Virus record (IMG/VR): IMGVR_UViG_3300020432_000399
Coordinates: 1-34,649 of that record
Strand: one strand, 5' to 3'
DNA length: 34,649 nucleotides
Origin: a virus
Taxonomy: Duplodnaviria > Caudoviricetes
Of the stretch, positions 25,683 through 34,649 are shown in pieces. The stretch's first letter is position 1, and each line of letters begins with the position of its first letter. Both the position numbers and the translations under genes were made by a program. Below the pieces are notes generated by a model, which saw only the letters and a list, made by a program, of their open reading frames with translations, was not told where the DNA came from and searched no databases.

Positions 25683-28552
25683 TATCTAGCCCTCGATTGC
25701 CCGCCATATGGAGAGGTTTGTGGTGTTTCTGCAAATGCCCAGTAAACGATAGTGTGGTTATTATGATTAAACATAGAACCAGTATTTCTTATTTTAAATC
25801 CATTAGAAAGAAAATCAACGTGATCATTTGTTCCACCAGTCCATTCAGCATAAGTATGATCTGGATATAAAAATCTTTGTATTGGATTATCTACATCCCT
25901 TTTATTATCATGTATTCCCCAGTTATCAGAAGCATCTATTCTCTTATAAAAAATCATAGCTGGTCTAAATCCAGTAAATACGAAAGGTCCATTTGCATTT
26001 CCATTACCTTGAAAAGATCCAAATTTAGAATATCCTGGTACGGAATACCAACAATAAGCTATTATATTATTACCATTATTATACCAGTTACCACCTGTTC
26101 GTGTTCTAAACACGGTTGAAGTTGGAACAGTGTCATCTAGATATGGTTGATCTTGTCTACCAGTGTTGGAATTAAGTATTAAACGATGTTGTTCTGGATT
26201 AGAACCATTTTTATGATGATAAACGTCCCAATTATTCGCATAACTTCTATTTTTCATTAAAATAACTTCTGGAGCTTTGGATAATCCATGTCCTATACTA
26301 AAACCACTTCCACTTGATGGTGTTGTAAAACTTACAATTGAAAATCCAGCTTCTTCATTTACAGAAACTTGAGATGTCACATCACCATCAGTATTTGATA
26401 CTACTGTATCACCTCCTTTCCAACACCATGCAACAAAAGTTTGTGAATTTTGATTTATTTCATTAGATGTTCCTAAAGTCACTCCATCTACATTAAAAGA
26501 TTGTACAAGATTACTATAAGAAGCTTCAGTGGCATCGGTGTTAGGAATTAATCTTTTATCACCACCTCTTACACTATCATATAGGTCATGATTAGAAACT
26601 GCAGAACGCATTTTAAACCATACTAAATCTGGTTTAAACTCTAATCCAGTTATTTTGTGTCCATTTGAACCATTACCTCCATAAAGTAAAGTATCAAAAT
26701 GTCTTTGTGGTCTAATAGATGTTGAAGGGACTGCGTTTGATGCTAATATTCGATATCCAGCTGCAAGAGCAGGATAATTAAATGCTACTTGTCCAAAGTT
26801 AATTGTCGCATCCATCCAACTTCCATTTGTTGAATGAACATAAGGAGCAAAGTCAGTCGTTGTTGCATCAGGTATGCTGGTATCTGTGAAAACTAGACTT
26901 CCTTTATAATATGCCCTCATTACTCTTGCGTCTAAATCAATTTGGAATGAGGAAAAACCAGTGCCTTCGTTAGTTCTACTAGTGCCACTAGTAGCTGAAA
27001 AAGTTTTGATATAATGAGATCCTAAAATATTTTTATTTGCTTCGTTTGCAACCTCACCACCACTTTGTGTAAAAGAAGCAGTAATACCAGAATACATTGA
27101 ATAAGATCCCCCACCTTCATTATTAATTTCCCAATAATACCTTCCACTCGTAATACCATTAGAAGGACCGAAAATAAAACTAGCTCTTGCCATTCTATAA
27201 TTTGCACCAGATATTCTCCGAGATCCTAATTCTGTAGTTGCATCTATCTGATTTTGTATCCTATTCCAATATGGGTAATTTGCAGGAACAGGTGAAGTGG
27301 TTGGATATGCAAAACCAGAACAAGAATCTTTAATATTAATCATATCAGATTGTAAATTAACAGGTGTAAAATTATTACCACTACCAGAATAATCTCTTCC
27401 AATCGTTGTTGCTGTTAATCCAGAGGTATCTGAAAAATTAATATGATGACCCTCTTGACCAAAAGGATGTGAATCATCTCTCAACCATACTCCATCCACT
27501 ATAAAAGCTGCGAAATATATACCAGCAGAACCTAAACCATTATTTGTATTATAACTGGTTCCTGCAAATTGTATTTCATTTATTTTTGTGTGAGTTCCAC
27601 AATCAAACCAACCGTGAGATGAAGGAGTGTCAGCTGCTTTTTGTCCATTTACATAAACATCATATACACCACTGCTACTATATCCATATATTCTAAGAGA
27701 ACCTTTTAAATTAAATGATGAAGTATCCCAAGTTAATATTTGTCCACCAGCACTATTATTTGCATAATTGCTATTAAGATTACCAGTTGGAGCATCATAT
27801 GCTCTTGTCACAGGTGAAGATCCAAATCCATTTCCCGATGCAGTCCAAGTACTACTAAAAACTCTACCCTTTTTATTAGGAATATTAGATTTTACTGGAT
27901 CAAATTTTTTAGGTTTCCAATGTCCTGTCAAACCATCAGTAAATGCAAAGTCTGTTGGTTCTAATTCAGCACCATCAACAAGTATACATTCTGCTAAATT
28001 CCCATCCCAGTTTTGTGAAGCAACATTTCCTAAACCAGCTATTGCGTGAGTATAACCATTACCACATATGGAGTTTTCATGGTTTTGTTGTGGATGCTCC
28101 GCCGTATCAAAACTAGTAACTCTTTCACCATTAATATAAATCTTAACCCTTTCTGAAGCGGTAGAAAGAGTTGAATTAAAAGCAAGTACAAAATGATACC
28201 ATCCATTAGAATCTCTATATTTTTGATGAGAATTATAATATCTCCAAGAAGTACTATTCCAAGTACCACTATAATAATAACAATTTAATTTATCACTTGC
28301 TTCAAATCTAAAATCATTGTACGGAGTGCTTGATGCATTTCTTGCTGAAAAGAAATGTCTCTCAGTATCCATAACAGTTCTTTTCATCCACATACTGACG
28401 GTATGTACTCTTCTATTCCCATCTACCCCAACGGTTCCTGTTCTATGAAATCTTACTACACTACCATCATTCAACGAAATACTTTTTTCTATCGTTGCTC
28501 CACCAGCGGCTTTGTCAGATGTAATAATATTTGGTGCAAATGCTCTACCCAT
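25682..28552 (-). CDS. Large receptor-binding/fibre protein with LamG (ConA-like) domain, SPRY-like domain and repeated C-terminal beta domain
   Basis: SMWMKR…WYHFVLA…VKIYINGE (LamG); GRYYWEI (SPRY-like); FKPDLVWFK, KAPEVILMK and GFRPAMIFYK repeats. Confidence 0.75.
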   Translation of the reverse strand: MGRAFAPNIITSDKAAGGATIEKSISLNDGSVVRFHRTGTVGVDGNRRVHTVSMWMKRTVMDTERHFFSARNASSTPYNDFRFEASDKLNCYYYSGTWNSTSWRYYNSHQKYRDSNGWYHFVLAFNSTLSTASERVKIYINGERVTSFDTAEHPQQNHENSICGNGYTHAIAGLGNVASQNWDGNLAECILVDGAELEPTDFAFTDGLTGHWKPKKFDPVKSNIPNKKGRVFSSTWTASGNGFGSSPVTRAYDAPTGNLNSNYANNSAGGQILTWDTSSFNLKGSLRIYGYSSSGVYDVYVNGQKAADTPSSHGWFDCGTHTKINEIQFAGTSYNTNNGLGSAGIYFAAFIVDGVWLRDDSHPFGQEGHHINFSDTSGLTATTIGRDYSGSGNNFTPVNLQSDMINIKDSCSGFAYPTTSPVPANYPYWNRIQNQIDATTELGSRRISGANYRMARASFIFGPSNGITSGRYYWEINNEGGGSYSMYSGITASFTQSGGEVANEANKNILGSHYIKTFSATSGTSRTNEGTGFSSFQIDLDARVMRAYYKGSLVFTDTSIPDATTTDFAPYVHSTNGSWMDATINFGQVAFNYPALAAGYRILASNAVPSTSIRPQRHFDTLLYGGNGSNGHKITGLEFKPDLVWFKMRSAVSNHDLYDSVRGGDKRLIPNTDATEASYSNLVQSFNVDGVTLGTSNEINQNSQTFVAWCWKGGDTVVSNTDGDVTSQVSVNEEAGFSIVSFTTPSSGSGFSIGHGLSKAPEVILMKNRSYANNWDVYHHKNGSNPEQHRLILNSNTGRQDQPYLDDTVPTSTVFRTRTGGNWYNNGNNIIAYCWYSVPGYSKFGSFQGNGNANGPFVFTGFRPAMIFYKRIDASDNWGIHDNKRDVDNPIQRFLYPDHTYAEWTGGTNDHVDFLSNGFKIRNTGSMFNHNNHTIVYWAFAETPQTSPYGGQSRAR

Positions 28553-28560
28553 TACTTACC

Positions 28561-29289
28561 TCAACTAAAGTTTACTGACACACCTGTAAGAAGTGATGTT
28601 CCTGCTGCTCCTGCCTTATGAACTGTGAATGATATTATACTTATTGCTCCACTTGTTGTTGGTAATGCTGGTGTACCACCCGATGGGAATAAGAAATGAG
28701 TTGCAAAACCTACTGTTGCCACACCAACATTTTCAATTCTTACTGTATGACTATCTGCTTCTGTTCCACCTGTTACATCAATTGTAACAACACCTGATGC
28801 TAAAACTTTATGATCATCCTTTGCTAGATTTAATACGACTGTGTTTCCATCTGTGACCGTTGATGCTTCCGTTGCAATACCAACTGAAATACCTGTGAGT
28901 TGTGAACCATCACCACGATAAGAAGATGCAGTTACAATACCACTTGCATTTCCTAATTTTATATTACTTCCTACATTTAAATCATTGCCAATGAGATTTA
29001 TACCTGCTCTTGCAGTGATTAATCCTACTGAATCTACGTTTGTTACATCTTCGTATGTTAATACACCAGAAACTCCAAGATTTCCAGTAATATTTACACC
29101 ACCTGAAACTGCCTGTGCTTTTGTATCACTACCAAATTTTAATGTAGCTGCATCAATACCAGTTAAAGCAGTACCACTTCCTACGAAACTTGTCGCAGTA
29201 CAAACTCCTGTTACTATAAAACCATTAGTCGCAGTAGGAGCACCATTTGCGGTTTTATTTGTTATTTGATTCGCCCTTAATCTTGACAT
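28561..29289 (-). CDS. Tail-fibre segment with C-terminal adaptor-like domain
   Basis: YEDVTNVDSVG and GDGSQLTG repeats; C-terminal FPSGGTP…ISFTV beta domain; ATAAATA at 29307-29313. Confidence 0.72.
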   Translation of the reverse strand: MSRLRANQITNKTANGAPTATNGFIVTGVCTATSFVGSGTALTGIDAATLKFGSDTKAQAVSGGVNITGNLGVSGVLTYEDVTNVDSVGLITARAGINLIGNDLNVGSNIKLGNASGIVTASSYRGDGSQLTGISVGIATEASTVTDGNTVVLNLAKDDHKVLASGVVTIDVTGGTEADSHTVRIENVGVATVGFATHFLFPSGGTPALPTTSGAISIISFTVHKAGAAGTSLLTGVSVNFS

Positions 29290-29309
29290 GGTTTATATTT
29301 TTTAGTTAT

Positions 29310-29651
29310 TTATGAGACAAACAAGTCGAGTACATCAGGAACTAAATCACCTGATTCAATTGTTAGATCGACACTTTCCTCTATTCTAATCTCTGCGTAA
29401 TTAGTATACACTGCAAGCGCAGTAGGTGGTGGATCAACAACCACACTGCTATCAATACTTAAAATACTATCTACATAGTATAATTTATTTAATGGATTTG
29501 TAGATACATTACTTAGTGCTGTACCTAAACCAGACACACCTGCTAATTGTGAACCATCACCAACAAACTTAGTCGCAGTAACAATTCCTGATAGGTTTAG
29601 ATTCCCATCAGCATTTGCAATTATCTTATCGGTTGCTCTTGTTAGTGCCAT
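29310..29651 (-). CDS. Short tail-fibre segment/connector
   Basis: SGIVTATKFVGDGSQL repeat; ATAAATA at 29657-29663. Confidence 0.7.
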   Translation of the reverse strand: MALTRATDKIIANADGNLNLSGIVTATKFVGDGSQLAGVSGLGTALSNVSTNPLNKLYYVDSILSIDSSVVVDPPPTALAVYTNYAEIRIEESVDLTIESGDLVPDVLDLFVS

Positions 29652-29659
29652 TTAGTTAT

Positions 29660-29866
29660 TTATGTGCCATCTGATGCTGCGATAGTTATTATACCAGCAT
29701 CCAATTGTCTTTTAATTTCTATGTAATGTGTATTTTCTTCATCAATTGGCACACCATAATACTGACCATCTATATCACAGATGATACTTGAATCTGGATG
29801 AGTTTTTGTTACTCCATTCATTGTTGAATCTGGGATTCTCCAATATTTTGCATTTGTAATAATCAT
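29660..29866 (-). CDS. Small putative fibre assembly chaperone
   Basis: VPIDEENTHYIEI motif; ATGA-coupled directly downstream of a fibre gene. Confidence 0.6.
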   Translation of the reverse strand: MIITNAKYWRIPDSTMNGVTKTHPDSSIICDIDGQYYGVPIDEENTHYIEIKRQLDAGIITIAASDGT

Positions 29867-31251
29867 AATTCTGCCTCCAATCTTAAATATGCACCTGCGG
29901 TGTCATGAATCAAACACCATACTGTTACTGCATTACCTTGGTTTGACCCACCATTAACAAATAATCTGAAAGTGTTTGATGATTGTTGGGAGTAATCACC
30001 ACTATTCCCTTCGACTGTTACAGTACGATCACCTGCATATCCACTATTACCATGATAAGATACAAACCAATATCCAGTGGGTGCATTTTTTGTGACTGAT
30101 GGTTTTGCTCTCATATTAACTGGAATAGGTGGGAACATTTTAACATAACCACTTCCACTATATACTTGACCAAATCCAAGTTGTTGATCATCAATCCATT
30201 GGTAACAATATCTTGCACAACGTCTAAACTCTTCTGCATATGTAAGGTGCTCAAACGGGGTCGCTACGGGACCAACTTCTAATTGACATCCTGTAATATA
30301 GAATATGTTTGATGTTGAGTCTGCAAAGTTTACTTGTCCTGTTGCAGCACCTGTATCTGTGCTATTTCTCCAAGTTGTTGCAAGTGAACCATTATTAACT
30401 CCTGAACCTGCAAGTAACCACCATACAACTCTTAAAGCTTCTCCATTATCATTATTATCATTTCGTCCGTTAGTTGTATCTGCAGGGAATGTTATAACAT
30501 ATCTATTCCAGTTTGTATTACTTACAGTATATGACGCTGAACAACAACTTGCTGTGTTGTCTCTTCCAAGTAATCTAACAATATAAGTTCCTGTTTTATT
30601 AGTCTTAGCATAAAAAGATATAGTATATTGTTTTGCAGATGATGTGCCCTTTGCAAACTCTTGAAGATCTTGTCCCTCTATTCTTTGTTCTAGATAAGCT
30701 TCATCTAATGCTGCGAGTGATGTATCAGCAGTTGTACAATCTATTTTCATTGATGCACCAAACCCATCTGGACGATCTGAATCTTTACTAACTGTAAATC
30801 TAGCACTAGTACTTTGTATATAAAATTTCCATCTATCCAATGTAAAAGTGTTTGAAGAACCACCTACATTTGTAATAGGTCCTGCAAATCCCCTTTGATT
30901 AACTTGCATGGCACCGTTAATTAACTTATTTCGATGAGAAAGGTTTTGGTTTGTTGGTATAAATGCAGTTGCTGTTATAATACCAGAAGTATTAATACTA
31001 TCAGCAGTTCCAACACCTACACCAGTAAGTGCAGAACCATCAAGTGCAGGTAACGTACCACTTAGATTACCAGCAGGAAGATTAGTTAAGTTAGCACCAC
31101 TCCCTGTAAAACTTACTGCAGTGACTATTCCTGTGGATTCTAAATTATGACCCTTTAAATTTTTAGTTCCCAATTCGATATCTGAAGTAAAAGTTACAGA
31201 ACTAATACCAGAGTCGGATTCAATATTATTAACAACTATCTTACTTGTCAT
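29863..31251 (-). CDS. Tail-fibre protein with carbohydrate-binding-like C-domain
   Basis: GSGANLT and DGSALTG repeats; RNKLINGAMQVNQRG…DRW…QLEVGPVATPFEH…CARY. Start MTSK at 31251 (ATGA overlap). Confidence 0.78.
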   Translation of the reverse strand: MTSKIVVNNIESDSGISSVTFTSDIELGTKNLKGHNLESTGIVTAVSFTGSGANLTNLPAGNLSGTLPALDGSALTGVGVGTADSINTSGIITATAFIPTNQNLSHRNKLINGAMQVNQRGFAGPITNVGGSSNTFTLDRWKFYIQSTSARFTVSKDSDRPDGFGASMKIDCTTADTSLAALDEAYLEQRIEGQDLQEFAKGTSSAKQYTISFYAKTNKTGTYIVRLLGRDNTASCCSASYTVSNTNWNRYVITFPADTTNGRNDNNDNGEALRVVWWLLAGSGVNNGSLATTWRNSTDTGAATGQVNFADSTSNIFYITGCQLEVGPVATPFEHLTYAEEFRRCARYCYQWIDDQQLGFGQVYSGSGYVKMFPPIPVNMRAKPSVTKNAPTGYWFVSYHGNSGYAGDRTVTVEGNSGDYSQQSSNTFRLFVNGGSNQGNAVTVWCLIHDTAGAYLRLEAEL

Positions 31252-31493
31252 ACTATCCTCCAATTACCTTGAACTGTGACAGAATATCCTGCACCCACTT
31301 TGACAGTGCCAACAGTGAGTCCGTTTGTTCCTGATGGGATAGTAACATTTTCATTAATTTCTGTGCTGTTTGCTTTAATAATTCCAAAACGATCTAACCA
31401 TTGCTTCTTACCATTTGCAGTGATTGTGTCGTGAAAGGTGACGGATGTAACTCCTGTCTGTGAACGTATTGTATTGACAACTATTTTTGTCAT
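31248..31493 (-). CDS. Minimal fibre connector protein (paralog of 31490..31729)
   Basis: ETITANG..QWLD..G.IKAN…IPSGTNGL…V.G.W.IV shared. Start MTKIVV at 31493 (ATGA overlap). Confidence 0.72.
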   Translation of the reverse strand: MTKIVVNTIRSQTGVTSVTFHDTITANGKKQWLDRFGIIKANSTEINENVTIPSGTNGLTVGTVKVGAGYSVTVQGNWRIV

Positions 31494-31729
31494 ACGATTG
31501 CCCACTCACCATTGACTGTGATCGTATGCCCATCTGCAATCGTTACTGGTCCTGATGAAAGACCATTTGTTCCAGAGGGAATAGTAATACTTTCAGCAAT
31601 CGTATCACGATTTGCTTTGATTACACCATAAGTATCTAACCACTGATTATCACCATTAGCTGTAATGGTTTCTTTAAACTCCGTTGAAGTGGAGTGAGAA
31701 TCAATGATGTTGGCTTTAAGTGTTGACAT
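31490..31729 (-). CDS. Minimal fibre connector protein
   Basis: See paralog; ATAAATA at 31734-31740. Confidence 0.72.
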   Translation of the reverse strand: MSTLKANIIDSHSTSTEFKETITANGDNQWLDTYGVIKANRDTIAESITIPSGTNGLSSGPVTIADGHTITVNGEWAIV

Positions 31730-31736
31730 GCTTTAT

Positions 31737-32105
31737 TTATGATGATTTAGGAAATGTATTCTTTACACTTGAAATTCCAACATACCAATCACCAGTTTTA
31801 GCAGCTTCACCAAACTTACCAGATTCAATATCATGGAAAAGTTGATCTAGTTGTTCCTCAAGTTTTGGATAACTTGTTTGAATACCAGACATTCTCTCAC
31901 TAACATCATTTGTTCTCTGTCTTTGATATCTTTTTGCAAGATACTCTGCATCTAATCTTACAATCTCTGCATCCAATTCTGCTTTTGTTGGTTTCGTATC
32001 TGTGTTACTCTCATCCCAATTAAGTGTATCATAATCCTCATTCATAATAGAGAGTTTTGCTTTTGGTACGAGTGACCTTAATGCATCTGAATACTGATGT
32101 GCCAT
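31737..32105 (-). CDS. XkdW-like / fibre chaperone protein
   Basis: AL.SL.P.A…W…KPTKAEL…YQRQR…YP.LEEQLD.LFHD…VK..FPK pattern. Confidence 0.62.
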   Translation of the reverse strand: MAHQYSDALRSLVPKAKLSIMNEDYDTLNWDESNTDTKPTKAELDAEIVRLDAEYLAKRYQRQRTNDVSERMSGIQTSYPKLEEQLDQLFHDIESGKFGEAAKTGDWYVGISSVKNTFPKSS

Positions 32106-32626
32106 TATGCTGCTATCTCCAATATTCTAAAAGTACTACGAACATACATTGAATTATACCAATCATTATCTGACCTGTTTGATCTTCCGATGTATACATT
32201 ATTATTTGCCCAAGATGAACTACCAGATCTTATGCAAACCTGAAATGTTAAAGCTGATGTGGCACCAGCTACCTCTTCTCTTTCACACTGTCCTGTTCCT
32301 GATGATAATGAATTATCATTATCATTTACATATTCATGGTAATCTCCATAACCCCAACTATTGTATGTAGAATAAGTTAAAAGAGTTCCTCCTTTTTTAA
32401 ATCCAATACAAGAAGTGTAATCTCCATCAGCAGATGATTGATGAACTTGTGCTCTTAACAATAATTTATTTGTTGCTGACTTTGGTGTGATTGTGATTGC
32501 CAATCCAGTCAAATCAGTCCAGTCAGTTTGATTTGCCCAGTATCCACTTATAACTGGAGTACAAGATAACATTTGAACGACTCTACCAGTATCAGAATCA
32601 CTACCATCAGCATATTTAATTGCCAT
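32105..32626 (-). CDS. Putative fibre-tip beta-sandwich protein
   Basis: GRVVQ…DLTGL.ITITPKS..NKLLL…STFRILEIA; TAATG-coupled on both sides. Confidence 0.68.
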   Translation of the reverse strand: MAIKYADGSDSDTGRVVQMLSCTPVISGYWANQTDWTDLTGLAITITPKSATNKLLLRAQVHQSSADGDYTSCIGFKKGGTLLTYSTYNSWGYGDYHEYVNDNDNSLSSGTGQCEREEVAGATSALTFQVCIRSGSSSWANNNVYIGRSNRSDNDWYNSMYVRSTFRILEIAA

Positions 32627-33177
32627 TAATCGACCTCCTGTATAAGGAACTTATACTTTTTACCAGTACGATTATTTATTAAGAAGAGGTCACTTTCTCC
32701 CTCCTGAATCGTATAGTTACCCCAAGTTCCATCAACATCATTAGTTCTACCTTCGTTTGATAAATTAAGGTCTCCAGTGTATATGTCTCTCCAACGTAAA
32801 GAAGAGGTTCCTAAATCATAAGTATTATCTGCCTCTGGTGTGAAATGTCCGTTAACATCAATACGAGATCTAGCAGTTCCTTCGGTTGTAAACTTAAGGT
32901 GTCCATCAGAACCAGTATCTATTGTTTCTATTTTTGTATTACCAGTTTCTATTTTTGTGGTATCAACAGTTATACCTGATAATTGTGAACCATCACCATA
33001 ATATGTCGTGACTCCTGTTACTGCTCCAATTGTCGAACCTGCACCTAATGCCAAACCAGTGCTATGTAAATTAGAATCACCTACAAAGACATTATTTGTA
33101 ACACTGGCAATTCCAGCGATGGTTATTGTAGAACCACCACCGACTGGATTAATTTTATTGACGTTCAGTATACTCAT
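32626..33177 (-). CDS. Short tail-fibre segment with C-terminal WRxIYTxDL…DGTWG…NNRTGKK domain
   Basis: YYGDGSQL repeat; paralogous C-domain to 24648..25235; ATAAATA at 33188-33194. Confidence 0.75.
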   Translation of the reverse strand: MSILNVNKINPVGGGSTITIAGIASVTNNVFVGDSNLHSTGLALGAGSTIGAVTGVTTYYGDGSQLSGITVDTTKIETGNTKIETIDTGSDGHLKFTTEGTARSRIDVNGHFTPEADNTYDLGTSSLRWRDIYTGDLNLSNEGRTNDVDGTWGNYTIQEGESDLFLINNRTGKKYKFLIQEVD

Positions 33178-33190
33178 TCTTTTTGACTAT

Positions 33191-34180
33191 TTATTGTACT
33201 AACCATCCTTGGAACCAACCATAACCATTGTTGATGTGCACATTTCCCTGAGACCATCTAACACGAACTAAATTAGTCGCAGTAAATTCATGAAATACAT
33301 GCATCCAACCAGCTATATATCTTCCACTACCAGAAGATTCAATTCTAGGTCCGATTTGAATCGTGCTCCAACTTGATCCACTATCAGTGCTACGTTCTAA
33401 TTGAACTCTTGCCACTTGACCTGGTTGTGCAAAATGCATGACCTCAAATTTGTAATAACCTGTTGTTGGTATTGTATAATAGGAGTTTGAATTGTTATAA
33501 TAACCACCAACATCGTGTTTTTCATTTTGGAATGCTAAAGTATTATCCGAGGTATAATCCAAAGCACTTGATGCTGTTGCTCTAAAAGAAGGATTAGCTG
33601 GTTTTGTTACATGACCAAGAGATGAAATTCTCATCCTTTCAGTTCCACCGTCTGTTCCATTTGTAGAAAATTTTATATAATTATCACCATGATTATATGC
33701 CACTGAACCTGCTTCGGCAGTGCTATCTTTAAACATTATAACTGATGTTGCAAAATCATTACTTGTTTCTAATATCAACTCCGAGTCAGCACCAGAATCA
33801 TTTTGAGCAGCATGAACTGTTAGTTGTGCATCACCAGTTGCTCCACCATTGAAAGTTAAATTGGATTCACCAGTAATAGCAGACGCACTAGTCGCTGTTA
33901 TAACTCTATTATCTGCACCATTTGTAAATGTCGGTCCTGCACCAGTAAGTTGTGAACCATCACCATAATATGTTACAATTCCAGACCCAACAGGTCCGAC
34001 TGTTCCACCTGTACCAATTCTTATTCCACTTCTTGCAGTTATAACACCAACTGAATCTACATTCGTTACATCTTCATATGTCAACACACCAGGTATATTA
34101 ACACCACCAGTTGCTGTTCCGATTGAAACACTACTACCCGTTGCTGGAACTATACTATCTACTCGAAGATTACTAGCCAT
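33191..34180 (-). CDS. Tail-fibre protein with C-terminal C1q/TNF-like domain
   Basis: YEDVTNVDSVG, YYGDGSQLTG, ERMRISS; PSFRA…F…DVGGYYN…YTIPTTGYYKF C1q-like; TATAAATA at 34197-34204. Confidence 0.75.
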   Translation of the reverse strand: MASNLRVDSIVPATGSSVSIGTATGGVNIPGVLTYEDVTNVDSVGVITARSGIRIGTGGTVGPVGSGIVTYYGDGSQLTGAGPTFTNGADNRVITATSASAITGESNLTFNGGATGDAQLTVHAAQNDSGADSELILETSNDFATSVIMFKDSTAEAGSVAYNHGDNYIKFSTNGTDGGTERMRISSLGHVTKPANPSFRATASSALDYTSDNTLAFQNEKHDVGGYYNNSNSYYTIPTTGYYKFEVMHFAQPGQVARVQLERSTDSGSSWSTIQIGPRIESSGSGRYIAGWMHVFHEFTATNLVRVRWSQGNVHINNGYGWFQGWLVQ

Positions 34181-34196
34181 TAATATACTTTTTTAT

Positions 34197-34204
34197 TATT
34201 TATA
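34197..34204 (-). promoter_or_regulatory. T4 late promoter TATAAATA (first of six in the fibre island)
   Basis: Exact T4 consensus. Others at 33188, 31734, 29657, 29307 and 25255, each just upstream of an ATG. Confidence 0.75.
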
Positions 34205-34462
34205 CTACCTGACTTCAAAGTCTAACTTACGAACTCTGCGTCTGTTTCTTTGCTCTTGCCAATCCAATTCTTCACGACTGAAAAGACTTTTGGATTTATT
34301 ACTTGAATAGTTGCCTAACATAATAACCTTGCTCATATCTCTTGCTGATATACGATCATTATGAACTGTTGTAAGATTTGAACATCCACAACATACTGAT
34401 TTACCAGACACCCCTTCTACCTCCTTATTACAGGATCGGCATCTTACTCTAATTGGTTCCAT
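34205..34462 (-). CDS. Hypothetical Zn-ribbon protein
   Basis: CRSC…CGC motifs; TATAAT ~30 nt upstream. Confidence 0.7.
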   Translation of the reverse strand: MEPIRVRCRSCNKEVEGVSGKSVCCGCSNLTTVHNDRISARDMSKVIMLGNYSSNKSKSLFSREELDWQEQRNRRRVRKLDFEVR

Positions 34463-34502
34463 TCAAATACCAATCATATTATACGTTACTATTATATATC
34501 AT

Positions 34503-34530
34503 AAAAAAAAGAGGGTATTTAACACCCTCT
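34503..34530 (-). terminator. Rho-independent terminator
   Basis: AGAGGGT-gttaaat-ACCCTCT hairpin followed by a T-run on the minus strand. Confidence 0.8.
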
Positions 34531-34547
34531 GAATTTATTCACTGAAA

Positions 34548-34649
34548 CTATACTTCTCGACAAACCACAGTTGCCTGTGAAAAAGTTTTACATTCAAAAA
34601 CTTTCTTTCTTGATAATAATGTAATGATTCCAAATAGTTGTGCGATTAT
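34548..34649 (-). CDS. 3' end of a hypothetical gene cut by the window edge (…IIAQLFGIITLLSRKKVFECKTFSQATVVCREV)
   Basis: Open frame ending in TAG immediately before the terminator. Confidence 0.4.
   Translation of the reverse strand: MIAQLFGIITLLSRKKVFECKTFSQATVVCREV

Noticed and set aside
24650-32800. Duplicated C-terminal domain as a possible DGR template/variable repeat pair
   Set aside because: Differences are mostly synonymous and not adenine-specific, both copies are coding, and there is no reverse transcriptase in the window
7670-33202. Remaining short plus-strand and nested ORFs in the track
   Set aside because: All overlap well-supported minus-strand genes and have no recognisable motifs
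1-34649. tRNA, rRNA, integrase, transposase, homing endonuclease or intron
   Set aside because: No cloverleaf or T-loop motif and no recognisable catalytic motifs were seen by eye; intergenic gaps are mostly too short

Overview
AT-rich segment of a T4-like marine cyanomyovirus (Kyanoviridae, Prochlorococcus P-SSM2-like gene content). Essentially all genes are on the minus strand. In transcription order (right to left) it holds: (1) an ~11 kb variable tail-fibre/receptor-binding island (23.0-34.2 kb) built from short modular genes, subdivided by T4-type late promoters; (2) several small cyanophage hypothetical genes; (3) a ~13.8 kb glycan/LPS-type biosynthesis cluster (PMI-type cupin, GDP-mannose 3,5-epimerase-like SDR, nadE, UDP-glucose dehydrogenase, three GT11 domains, GT2/GT7, GT25, methyltransferases); (4) a tightly coupled array of ten microprotein genes, five hli and five unknown single-TM peptides, mostly missed by the ORF track; (5) a 1989-aa late protein with an internal triplicated motif; (6) the promoter, structured PhotoRC-II-like leader and first three codons of what is very likely psbA. 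The most interesting signals are a recurring N-terminal 'plug' / C-terminal 'socket' grammar across adjacent fibre genes, the hli plus microprotein operon with HLR1(RpaB)-like boxes, and a possible L-galactosylation pathway. All family assignments come from motif recognition by eye, not from database searches.
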